From positions 1 to 39,977 of the forward strand of contig JAQUYJ010000001.1 of the NCBI GenBank assembly GCA_028691905.1: a DNA stretch of 39,977 bases. Reading direction: 5' to 3'. Below, piece after piece: positions 7,386-16,038 of the stretch. Numbering within the stretch: position 1 is the first letter of the stretch; every line of letters starts with the position of its first letter. The stretch comes from Bacilli bacterium. GTDB lineage: Bacteria > Bacillota_I > Bacilli_A > ML615J-28 > CAG-698. The notes under the pieces were generated by a model. The model was not told where the DNA came from and searched no databases. It saw only the letters and a program-made list of their open reading frames with translations. Position numbers and translations under genes: made by a program.

Positions 7386-8645
7386 ATGAAAAATATTTTA
7401 GAAGAATTAAAATGGCGCGGTTTAATATACGATATTATTAATGAAGAGGAATTGGAAAAAAGATTGCAGGAACCCATTACTTTGTATTGTGGATTTGATC
7501 CGACTGCAGACAGTTTGCATATAGGATCTCTTTTGCCAATTGTTACATTGATGCGATTCCATCAAGCCGGACATCGGATTATAGCTTTGACTGGAGGTGG
7601 AACAGGTTTAATAGGAGATCCCAGTGGCAAGAAAAATGAAAGACAAATGAATCAAGAAGAAACTGTCTTTTCCTGGGCGGAATTATTTAAGAAACAATTT
7701 GCCCGTTTTTTGCCCTTTGACGACGAAACAGCATTTTCACTTGACAATTATCAATGGCTGGGAGAAATGAAGGCCATTGATATGTGGCGTGAGTATGGGA
7801 AACATTTCAACATCAATTACATGCTGGCAAAGGATTCGGTAAAGTCCCGTCTGGACAATGGTCTCAGTTATCTGGAATTTTCCTATATGATTATGCAGTC
7901 CATTGATTTTTTGAAAATGTATCAGGATAATAAATTGCATTGTGAAATGCAAATAGGCGGGCAGGACCAATGGGGAAACATTACGGCCGGAATGGAACTG
8001 ATCCGCAAAGTGGCAGGAAGTGATGCGAAAGTATTTGGATTGACCCTACCCTTGATAACAAAAAGCGATGGTACAAAGTTTGGAAAAACGGAAAGCGGTG
8101 CAGTTTGGCTGGACGAAGAAAAAACATCTCCCTATGAGATGTACCAATTCTTTATCAATACTGCAGATGCAGATGTTATTCCATTCCTGAAGTATTATAC
8201 ATTCCTTAATAAAGATGAAATTGCTTCACTTGAAGAAAAAGTCCAAAAAGAACCTCATTTACGGGAAGCCCAGAAAACACTTGCGAAAGAAGTGGTAAAA
8301 TTGGTTCATGGCAAACAGGGATTGGAAAATGCAATGAAATTAACGGAAGCTTTATTCAGTGGAAACATTCAATCCTTGAACGTTCAGGAAATAAAAATGT
8401 GTTTCAATGATGTCGCTTTTATTGAAACAAAGGATGATATGGGCTTGCTTGATGCCTTAACCGCTTTACAGGCAGCATCCAGCAAAAGAGAAGGGCGGGA
8501 ATTCATTAAAAACGGTGCAATCAGTGTGAATGGAATTCAAGTCCGTGATTTGGAATTTGTTGTTCGTAAAGATGAAGCAATCGGCAAAGAATTCAGTGTT
8601 ATTCGCCGGGGAAAGAAAAATTATTATTTAATTAAACATCAATAA
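7386..8645 (+). CDS. tyrS: Tyrosyl-tRNA synthetase
   Basis: HIGH-type motif (LHIGSL), KMSKS-type motif (KFGKT), C-terminal S4 domain. ATG at 7386 is preferred over 7368 because 7368 directly abuts the terminator T-run and has no free RBS. Confidence 0.95.
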   Translation: MKNILEELKWRGLIYDIINEEELEKRLQEPITLYCGFDPTADSLHIGSLLPIVTLMRFHQAGHRIIALTGGGTGLIGDPSGKKNERQMNQEETVFSWAELFKKQFARFLPFDDETAFSLDNYQWLGEMKAIDMWREYGKHFNINYMLAKDSVKSRLDNGLSYLEFSYMIMQSIDFLKMYQDNKLHCEMQIGGQDQWGNITAGMELIRKVAGSDAKVFGLTLPLITKSDGTKFGKTESGAVWLDEEKTSPYEMYQFFINTADADVIPFLKYYTFLNKDEIASLEEKVQKEPHLREAQKTLAKEVVKLVHGKQGLENAMKLTEALFSGNIQSLNVQEIKMCFNDVAFIETKDDMGLLDALTALQAASSKREGREFIKNGAISVNGIQVRDLEFVVRKDEAIGKEFSVIRRGKKNYYLIKHQ

Positions 8646-8648
8646 AAA

Positions 8649-8705
8649 AACATCCACCAATGATAGAATATCAGATAAGCAGATATTCTGTCTTTGGTGG
8701 GTGTT
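8649..8705. terminator. Bidirectional terminator between convergent tyrS and trpS
   Basis: Long hairpin with outer stem aacatccaccaa / ttggtgggtgtt and inner stem agaatatc / gatattct. An A-run lies on one side and a T-run on the other. Confidence 0.75.
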
Positions 8706-9698
8706 TTATCTTCCGATTCCCATTAAGGAATATAGTTTTTGTAATTTTGAACGGGCGAACATGGATGCTCTTGCTTTTCCTTCATCAAGAATTTCGTCCA
8801 GCATAGGAGAATGAATCCATTCAAAATACTTTGTTTGAACTTGTTCGATTTCTTTTGCGACGATTTCAGCAAGATCATTCTTGAAATCACCATATCCCTT
8901 ACCTTCATATAAAGCAGTAATTGCCTGAAGCGAATCGCCGGTAATAGAGGAATAGATGGTCATCAAATTGGATATACCGGGTTTCTTTTCTGAATCAAAA
9001 TATACTTTTGCTTCGTTGTCGGTAACAGCGGCTTTTATTTTCTTTTTAATGGTTGGAATGGAGTCGAGTAGTGATATGCATCCTTTTGGATTTTCAGCTG
9101 ATTTATCCATTTTATTGGTTGGGCTTTGCAAATCCATTATTCTTGATCCTACTTTAACGGTAAGTGGTTCCGGGACAGTAAAAAAATCATGATAGCGGTT
9201 GTTGAACCTGGTTGCAAGATTTCTTGTCAATTCCAAGTGTTGAATCTGGTCGTCACCAACAGGAACATAGGAAGCGTCGTATAACAATATGTCGGCTGCC
9301 ATCAAGGCTGGGTAAGTAAAGAGGGCGGATGTAACACCTTGGACTTGTTTTTGCATCTTGTCTTTGTATTGGGTCATCCGTTCCAATTCCCCCATATAGG
9401 CTAGAGACTGCATGACATACCCCAATTCAACATGTTCATGGACTTCAGATTGGATGAAAAGGGTAAGGTTATCCAAATCAAGACCACTGGCCAAATAAAG
9501 TGCAGCAACACTTCTTGTGTGTTCTTTTAACTCTTGGGGATCCTGGGGGGTGGTAATGGCATGCAAATCGGCTACAAAAATCAAGAATTCAAATTCTTTC
9601 ATTTCATTTTGTAACCGTACAAAATTTTTCAATGCACCCAGGTAATTACCGAGTGTGGGAATGCCGGTCGGTTTGACTCCTGATAATACAAATTTCAT
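8706..9698 (-). CDS. trpS: Tryptophanyl-tRNA synthetase
   Basis: 330 aa. Class I motifs are present (TLGNYLGA in the HIGH position, KMDKS as KMSKS). Confidence 0.95.
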   Translation of the reverse strand: MKFVLSGVKPTGIPTLGNYLGALKNFVRLQNEMKEFEFLIFVADLHAITTPQDPQELKEHTRSVAALYLASGLDLDNLTLFIQSEVHEHVELGYVMQSLAYMGELERMTQYKDKMQKQVQGVTSALFTYPALMAADILLYDASYVPVGDDQIQHLELTRNLATRFNNRYHDFFTVPEPLTVKVGSRIMDLQSPTNKMDKSAENPKGCISLLDSIPTIKKKIKAAVTDNEAKVYFDSEKKPGISNLMTIYSSITGDSLQAITALYEGKGYGDFKNDLAEIVAKEIEQVQTKYFEWIHSPMLDEILDEGKARASMFARSKLQKLYSLMGIGR

Positions 9699-9766
9699 TA
9701 GGTATCATCTCCTCATTATTGCTGCATATTTTTAAAATAACAGCGACATTATCAAAATGCATACTT

Positions 9767-9795
9767 ATTATATCTAAAAAAAGATGAAAATGCAA
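9767..9795 (-). promoter_or_regulatory. Sigma-A promoter of trpS
   Basis: On the minus strand: TTGCAT (9795-9790), 17-bp spacer, TATAAT (9772-9767). The leader is about 60 nt and has no T-box sequence. Confidence 0.65.
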
Positions 9796-9813
9796 GTGAA
9801 ACAATAATTATCA

Positions 9814-9827
9814 TGTAAGCGTTTTAG
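9814..9827. promoter_or_regulatory. cre-like / LacI-family operator half-palindrome (site A)
   Basis: tgtaagcgttttag matches TGWAANCGNTNWCA except at the last two positions. Its first 12 nt are the exact reverse complement of part of site B. Confidence 0.45.
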
Positions 9828-9865
9828 AGAGCATTTTTTAAGGGTTTTACGCATTTATTTAACAT

Positions 9866-9879
9866 TGAAAACGCTTACA
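9866..9879. promoter_or_regulatory. cre box (site B), full match to TGWAANCGNTNWCA
   Basis: tgaaaacgcttaca lies 14 bp upstream of the -35 box of the opp-like operon promoter. Confidence 0.6.
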
Positions 9880-9893
9880 TTGAAAAAAACATG

Positions 9894-9922
9894 TTGACAT
9901 TTTCATAGAAAGTTTATATAAT
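9894..9922 (+). promoter_or_regulatory. Consensus sigma-A promoter of the opp-like operon
   Basis: TTGACA (9894-9899), exact 17-bp spacer, TATAAT (9917-9922). Confidence 0.75.
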
Positions 9923-10004
9923 ATATATAATCAAGATATATACAATTATTGTATCTATATTTGATGATTCATCTTTTTTATAATCAAAAAACGGGAGGAA
10001 AAAA

Positions 10005-11960
10005 ATGAAAAAGTTTTTGAGTGTAATGTTAGTATTTGCTCTTGCTTTTGCTGTTGTTGGTTGTAAACCGAAAGAAGTGGATGTTGAAACAACATTAGTT
10101 GTTGGAACAACTACTGAACCAGGCGTTAATATGTTTGGTACTTTCTGGGGAAACAATGCTTCTAATGCAGACGTAAGAGAATTGACTTTTGGTTATGGAA
10201 CTGTGTCATTCACCAAAGAAGGTAAATATGCAGTAGATCCTACATCAGTCAAAAGCCTAGTAGAAACAGAGAATACTGATGGAAGTAAAACATATACAAT
10301 CGAAATTAACACAGGATTGGTTTGGAATGATGGCGAACCAGTTACTGCGAAAGATTATGTGTTTGCTGTTCTATTAAGTATTAATCCGATTTTCTCTAGT
10401 GTAGTTGGAAAAAGCTTATCAACTGATGGAACCATCGTAGGTAGCAAGGATTTCAATGATCCAGATGTGAATACCGATGGTAAGGCTGAACTTCCTGGTT
10501 TGGATTTGATTAATGATTACAAGTTCTCCGTAACTATTGGGGCTGAAAATTTCCCATATTACTACGAATTCTTGTATTATTCTTTCACTCCATATCCACT
10601 ACATGTTTTAGCTCCAGAAGCTGATGTAGTTCAAGGAACAGAAGGCGCAAAAATGAGTGGCGTCTTCACTTCTGCTGTATTAGAAGATACAGTTGATGAT
10701 GGCGAAACCGGATATCGTTATGATATCAGCGTTACTTGCGGACCTTATGATTTATTTGATTTTGATGTTGAAACTTCAACAGCAACATTAAAGAGAAACC
10801 CATTATTTAAGGGCGATTATACTGGACAAGTTCCTGATATCGACAACGTTGTAATTAAATACGTTCCAAACTCTGTATTGTTACAATCCTTGGTTAATGG
10901 TGAAATTGACTTAATTGAATCTGTATCTGGTGGAGCAAACATCCAGGATGGATTATCTGAAGTTGCGTATGGAAAAATTAAATTTACAACATTCCCACGT
11001 AATGGTTACGGATTAATCGCATTCCACTGTGATGAACCTGCAGGTCCTACTTCTCAATTAGAAGTTCGTCAAGCTATTGCTTATTTAATTAATAGAGATT
11101 TATTCTTACAGACTTATACATTAGGATATGGCGTATTACCAAACGGTGAATATGGACTATCTCAATGGATGGTTGCTGCTTCTTCCAATGAAGACGGTGT
11201 TGTAATGGGTAAAAATGCTGATGGAGAACTAGTAGCACTAGAATCTTACAGTTACAATCCAACTAAAGCCGTTCAATTATTAGAAGCTGCTGGCTGGACT
11301 AAGAATGCTACAGGTGGAGCTTATGTTCAAGCTGAAGGCGCTGTTCGTTACAACGCTGATGGCGAAAAACTTGAGATTCCTTGGGCTAACACTCCAGATA
11401 ACCCAGTTTCTGAATTAATTCGTACTCAATTATTGCCAAATGCTGCTGCAGTAGGTATGAGCTTTATTGATACTACTATGGACTTCAATACTATGCTTTA
11501 TACTCACTATTATGGAGCATATGGTGATGGTTATGGATTACCAACCCAAGATGATGATGGCAACTGGTTAGTTCCTGAATACGAAGCTGAAGAAACAGAT
11601 GCTCGTGAATATCATATGGTTAACTTAGGAACTGGATTCAATCCTGGTCTATATGAACCTTACTATGATGTTTCTGTTGAGTACTGGGGCTGGGATGGCG
11701 GAGCCAATATCAGCTATCTATACGATGCAGATTTATTAGAAGCTGCGAAAGATATGAAATTTGCCGCTGATGATGATGAATATCTAGATGCATGGCAAAG
11801 ATATCAATATCGTTTCAATCAATTATTACCAAGCTTACCATTGTATTCCGATATGTATCATGCATTCTTTACAACTAAGCTAAGTGATTATGAAGTTACA
11901 CCTGAATGGACTATGACTTCAGCAATTCTTTATGCTAAGATGGAAGAAGTAGCTGAATAA
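10005..11960 (+). CDS. oppA: ABC transporter substrate-binding lipoprotein, family 5 (Opp/Dpp type)
   Basis: Lipoprotein signal MKKFLSVMLVFALAFAVVGC (lipobox VVGC). 651 aa with SBP_bac_5-like regions. Codon usage looks highly expressed. RBS gggagga. Confidence 0.85.
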   Translation: MKKFLSVMLVFALAFAVVGCKPKEVDVETTLVVGTTTEPGVNMFGTFWGNNASNADVRELTFGYGTVSFTKEGKYAVDPTSVKSLVETENTDGSKTYTIEINTGLVWNDGEPVTAKDYVFAVLLSINPIFSSVVGKSLSTDGTIVGSKDFNDPDVNTDGKAELPGLDLINDYKFSVTIGAENFPYYYEFLYYSFTPYPLHVLAPEADVVQGTEGAKMSGVFTSAVLEDTVDDGETGYRYDISVTCGPYDLFDFDVETSTATLKRNPLFKGDYTGQVPDIDNVVIKYVPNSVLLQSLVNGEIDLIESVSGGANIQDGLSEVAYGKIKFTTFPRNGYGLIAFHCDEPAGPTSQLEVRQAIAYLINRDLFLQTYTLGYGVLPNGEYGLSQWMVAASSNEDGVVMGKNADGELVALESYSYNPTKAVQLLEAAGWTKNATGGAYVQAEGAVRYNADGEKLEIPWANTPDNPVSELIRTQLLPNAAAVGMSFIDTTMDFNTMLYTHYYGAYGDGYGLPTQDDDGNWLVPEYEAEETDAREYHMVNLGTGFNPGLYEPYYDVSVEYWGWDGGANISYLYDADLLEAAKDMKFAADDDEYLDAWQRYQYRFNQLLPSLPLYSDMYHAFFTTKLSDYEVTPEWTMTSAILYAKMEEVAE

Positions 11961-12004
11961 TAAGCTAGTTAACGCAATCGTAATTAAAAAGTAAATAAAA
12001 TGAA

Positions 12005-12037
12005 GGAGATTGGTGTTAGCCAATCTCCCTAATTTTT
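12005..12037 (+). terminator. Intra-operon hairpin (partial terminator / mRNA stabiliser) after the binding-protein gene
   Basis: ggagattgg-tgttag-ccaatctcc followed by ctaattttt. This is the usual position for differential expression of the binding protein relative to the membrane components. Confidence 0.55.
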
Positions 12038-12051
12038 AGAAGGAGATAAAA

Positions 12052-13056
12052 ATGTCAAGATATATCATAAAAAGAATTGTATACATATTTTTTGTCGCAA
12101 TATTGATTACTGTTATCTTGTTCTTATTGTATAAATCCATTCCCGGGGGAGATACTGCCCGTGTTTTTGCCTATGTTGATCAAAACTTAAAAAGAACTAA
12201 CCCAGCATTATATGTCATAAAAATGCAAGAAGCTATCGAGGAATTGGGAATCAATAAACCAGATATCGTTCAATACTTTTTGTGGGTGAAAAGTGTCTTA
12301 AAAGGTAATCTTGGATATACATTATATACAAACGAACCTGTACTTCAATATATTAAAGCGCCTTTAGGGAATACAGTAAAATTAAATTTAGTTGTAATGT
12401 TTTTTGTTTTCGCAATAACATTTCCATTAGGTATCAAATCAGCAGTTAAAAAGTATTCAACATTTGATAACAGTGTTCAGGTGTTCACTATTGTTGGGAT
12501 GTCCTTACCAAGTTTCTTCATTGCCTTGATTTCCATTTTAATATTTTCTGCAACGTTAGGATGGCTGGCAAGTAACGGAATGAATTCCGGTATTTTAGCC
12601 CGAAGCAATATGACTGGTTTTGAGCGGCTCTTGGATAGCTTGAAATACATGATAATGCCGGTATTTGTTTTAACGGCATCATCACTGGCTGGAATTACCA
12701 GGTATGTTCGAGGGGCAATGATCGATATTCTTTCCCAGGATTACATCAGAACAGCACGTGCGAAAGGACTAAAAGAAAAAGTAGTCATTTATTCCCATGC
12801 TTTTCGTAATGCAATGATTCCTGTAATCACCATACTGGCCGGTTGGTTTCTTGGTATATTTGGTGGTGCCACCATTACAGAAACAATCTTCGGTTGGAAC
12901 GGAATGGGAAAAGTAATGTTTGATGCATTAATGCAGGGACCGGACTATGCTGTTATTATGGCAATGAACCTGTTTTATACTGTACTTGGTTTAGTTGGTA
13001 ATTTGATACTTGATGTATTGTATACTGTAGTAGATCCAAGGGTTAAGTTGGGGTAG
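12052..13056 (+). CDS. oppB: ABC transporter permease, OppB/DppB type
   Basis: 334 aa, multi-TM, EAA loop IRTARAKGLKEKVVIYSHAFRNA. RBS aaggaga. Confidence 0.9.
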   Translation: MSRYIIKRIVYIFFVAILITVILFLLYKSIPGGDTARVFAYVDQNLKRTNPALYVIKMQEAIEELGINKPDIVQYFLWVKSVLKGNLGYTLYTNEPVLQYIKAPLGNTVKLNLVVMFFVFAITFPLGIKSAVKKYSTFDNSVQVFTIVGMSLPSFFIALISILIFSATLGWLASNGMNSGILARSNMTGFERLLDSLKYMIMPVFVLTASSLAGITRYVRGAMIDILSQDYIRTARAKGLKEKVVIYSHAFRNAMIPVITILAGWFLGIFGGATITETIFGWNGMGKVMFDALMQGPDYAVIMAMNLFYTVLGLVGNLILDVLYTVVDPRVKLG

Positions 13057-13060
13057 AGAT

Positions 13061-15031
13061 ATGAAGAAAAATAACTTTATTGAGAATGTTAGAGATTTTT
13101 TCATTATTATTGGAAGAGCACTTAAAAATGCTTTTGTCCGTGCCTTTTTTGGTACACATAAAGAACTTTCCATGTTGGAAGAAGAAGCAGTAGAAAGTCC
13201 GCTAAAGGGAGCTACTCGGAAATTTTTTAAAAACAAATTAGCCATTATCGGCTTAATTGTGTTTCTCGCAATATTTGCGTTTTGTTTTGTTGGAAGTATT
13301 TTTATTAAGGATAAAGAGTATCGTTATTTAAATATTACACAAAGAAATATCAGCCCGGGCTATCAAATGATGGCTGTTCCCAAGGGCTTGCAGGAAAACG
13401 GAATACTGGATATAGCTGTTGGTTCAAAATACAGTGCCGGTATTGATTTAGACAACAATGTTTATCTGTGGGGACAGGACATTAACAACTTAGTAGAAGA
13501 CTTTCCCCAAGGTCAAGCTGCACCTTCTGATTTAAAAGTTGGAAGAGATGCGATTGCCGGTTTGAAAGCAAAACGTGTCTGGGCCGGTCAAACCCATTTT
13601 ATGTTTGAAAAAATGGACGGAACACTTGAAGGAATCGGAATACGAACAGATATCGTTTCATTTGGATTAACAGCAGTACCAACTGCCGTCTTGTCCGGAG
13701 CTGTATTGGTTAATATAGCACAGCAGATTCAATTGGATGGCGGTGTCCTGGACATGGTTTTATTTAATCAAATAAACCTCGTCATTACCAAAAAGAACCG
13801 CGTGTTTATGTGGGGAAATACGGTTGGAAGAACGACTAATTTTTCTGCAGTCAATGCTTTAAAACCAGTTCAAGCAGGATTTTCGCGCAGTAATATTACG
13901 TTTCTTTATGAAGATGGCACTGTTGGTGTTATCGGTGAAGGAAGTTTGAAAAATACCCTTCCCGCCGGACTGAGTGGCATTGTTCAGATTGTAACTACAG
14001 CGGGAAGTGCATTGGCATTAAAAGCTGATGGGACATTTATTACCTGGGGTGATAATTTGTCCAAGGAATTTGAATATGATGACTCCATCCAGGGCCGTAT
14101 TAAGAAATTATCTAAATCAGCTTTGGGCTCAGATAACTATCAGCATTTTACAGCTGTACTGGATGATGGATCAGTATATTCATGGGGAAGCAATCAATAC
14201 AATGCTTCCACTCCACCTAAAAAATTAGCAGAAGGAACCGAAGCAGCAAATGTATTTTCTGGATATTTCCAAAATTATGTCATTGACGAAGAAGGAAAAT
14301 TGCTGGGTACCTATGGATTAAAAGGACACTTGTTTGGAACAGATGATTATGGTCGGGATTTGTTGGACCGAGTAATGGGTGGCGGAAGAATTTCCTTAAC
14401 AATCGGATTGATTGCTGTCATCATTTCCACAACAATCGGAATTATTATTGGTGGTACTGCCGGATTTTACGGTGGTAGAGTAGATATATTATTAATGCGT
14501 TTTAGTGAAGTGGTTGGATCAATTCCATTCTTGCCGATTGCGATGACTTTCTCGGCAATTTTAAGCAGAACCAATCCTGATATGACAACGACGGATCGAA
14601 TGGTTATGATTATGATTATTCTCGGTGTCTTGAGTTGGACCGGATTGGCTTATCTTATTCGAGCTACCATTTTGTCAGAAAGAGAAAAGGAATTTGTTAC
14701 CGCTGCGAAAGCACTTGGTGTAAAAAACCGAGCAATTATATTCAGACATATTATTCCTAATGTATTAACTATTATTATTATCAGTGCAACTCTTGGTTAT
14801 GCATCTTCCTTATTGACTGAAGCTGGTCTTTCATTCCTGGGATTTGGTGTTCAGTTACCTGCTCCTTCTTGGGGGAACTTATTAACGGGTGCTCAGGAAA
14901 TGACAGTTATTAAAGTCTATTGGTGGCGTTGGGTATTCCCATCTGTCTTATTGTGTCTTGCAACCATAAGTATTAACTTAATCGGTGATGCAATAAGAGA
15001 TGCTGTGGATCCACGTTCCAGTGAAAGATAG
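13061..15031 (+). CDS. oppC: ABC transporter permease, OppC/DppC type, with a large RCC1-like repeat insertion after TM1
   Basis: 656 aa. TM1 is at about residues 59-82. The conserved OppC_N motif LFGTDDYGRDLLDRV is at about 424-438. EAA loop VTAAKALGVKNRAIIFRHIIPN. Residues of about 100-420 are extra and carry seven WG/IG/YG-terminated repeats. Confidence 0.88.
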   Translation: MKKNNFIENVRDFFIIIGRALKNAFVRAFFGTHKELSMLEEEAVESPLKGATRKFFKNKLAIIGLIVFLAIFAFCFVGSIFIKDKEYRYLNITQRNISPGYQMMAVPKGLQENGILDIAVGSKYSAGIDLDNNVYLWGQDINNLVEDFPQGQAAPSDLKVGRDAIAGLKAKRVWAGQTHFMFEKMDGTLEGIGIRTDIVSFGLTAVPTAVLSGAVLVNIAQQIQLDGGVLDMVLFNQINLVITKKNRVFMWGNTVGRTTNFSAVNALKPVQAGFSRSNITFLYEDGTVGVIGEGSLKNTLPAGLSGIVQIVTTAGSALALKADGTFITWGDNLSKEFEYDDSIQGRIKKLSKSALGSDNYQHFTAVLDDGSVYSWGSNQYNASTPPKKLAEGTEAANVFSGYFQNYVIDEEGKLLGTYGLKGHLFGTDDYGRDLLDRVMGGGRISLTIGLIAVIISTTIGIIIGGTAGFYGGRVDILLMRFSEVVGSIPFLPIAMTFSAILSRTNPDMTTTDRMVMIMIILGVLSWTGLAYLIRATILSEREKEFVTAAKALGVKNRAIIFRHIIPNVLTIIIISATLGYASSLLTEAGLSFLGFGVQLPAPSWGNLLTGAQEMTVIKVYWWRWVFPSVLLCLATISINLIGDAIRDAVDPRSSER

Positions 15032-15042
15032 GAGGAAACACG

Positions 15043-16038
15043 ATGGCACTATTAGAAGTTAAAGATCTCCACACTTTCTTTACAACCAAAAGAGGTATTG
15101 TAAAGGCAGTTAACGGAATGACATATGAATTGGAAGAAGGAAAAACATTGGGTATTGTTGGGGAAAGTGGTTCTGGAAAGAGCGTTTCCGCGATGAGTAT
15201 TCTTCGTTTACTGGATGGAAATGGTTATATTGACAGTGGAACTGTCCTTCTGGACGGTGTGGATCTGACAAAAGTTGATGAAGCAGCGCTGCAATATATC
15301 CGTGGCAATAAAATATCAGTCATTTTCCAAGAGCCCATGACCTCTTTAAATCCGGTATTTACTGTAGAAAAGCAAATTGGTGAAGTATTCCAAATTCACC
15401 AAGGAATGACAAAAAAAGAATCCTACGCGAAAAGTGTTGACTTATTGCGTGAAGTAGGGATTCCCAATCCGGAAAAAGTGGCAAAAAACTATCCCCATCA
15501 ATTAAGTGGCGGGATGAGACAACGGGTTATGATTGCGATGGCACTGGCCTGTCGTCCCCGAATTTTAATTGCGGATGAACCTACTACTGCTTTGGATGTA
15601 ACCATCCAAGCTCAGATTTTAAAATTAATGAATGACTTAAAAAAAGAATCCAATATGGCAATTATCTTTATTACTCATGATTTGGGTGTTATAAATGAAA
15701 TGGCTGATGATGTTATCGTTATGTATTGTGGTGAGATTGTAGAAAAGGCATCCGCAAAAGTGATTTTTGCGGAATCATCCGATTACACTCATCCTTATAC
15801 AGAAGGATTGATGACCTCTATTCCACGTTTAAACAAAGGAAAAGAGCGATTGGATGCCATCCCAGGTGCAGTTCCCCATCCACTTGATTTACCGGTAGGA
15901 TGTAAATTTGCACCCCGATGCAAATATGCAACAGCAAAATGCCAGGAAAAAGAACCGGATCTGCTATTGGTAGAAGAAGGACACAGCGTAAGATGTTTCT
16001 ATCCGAAAAAAGGGGTGAGAAGTAATGGCGAAAAGTAA
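15043..16038 (+). CDS. oppD: ABC transporter ATP-binding protein, OppD/DppD type
   Basis: Walker A GESGSGKS, signature LSGGMRQR, Walker [14 protein letters not shown]-terminal Opp-type Cys motif [18 protein letters not shown] aggagga. Confidence 0.93.
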   Translation: MALLEVKDLHTFFTTKRGIVKAVNGMTYELEEGKTLGIVGESGSGKSVSAMSILRLLDGNGYIDSGTVLLDGVDLTKVDEAALQYIRGNKISVIFQEPMTSLNPVFTVEKQIGEVFQIHQGMTKKESYAKSVDLLREVGIPNPEKVAKNYPHQLSGGMRQRVMIAMALACRPRILIADEPTTALDVTIQAQILKLMNDLKKESNMAIIFITHDLGVINEMADDVIVMYCGEIVEKASAKVIFAESSDYTHPYTEGLMTSIPRLNKGKERLDAIPGAVPHPLDLPVGCKFAPRCKYATAKCQEKEPDLLLVEEGHSVRCFYPKKGVRSNGEK

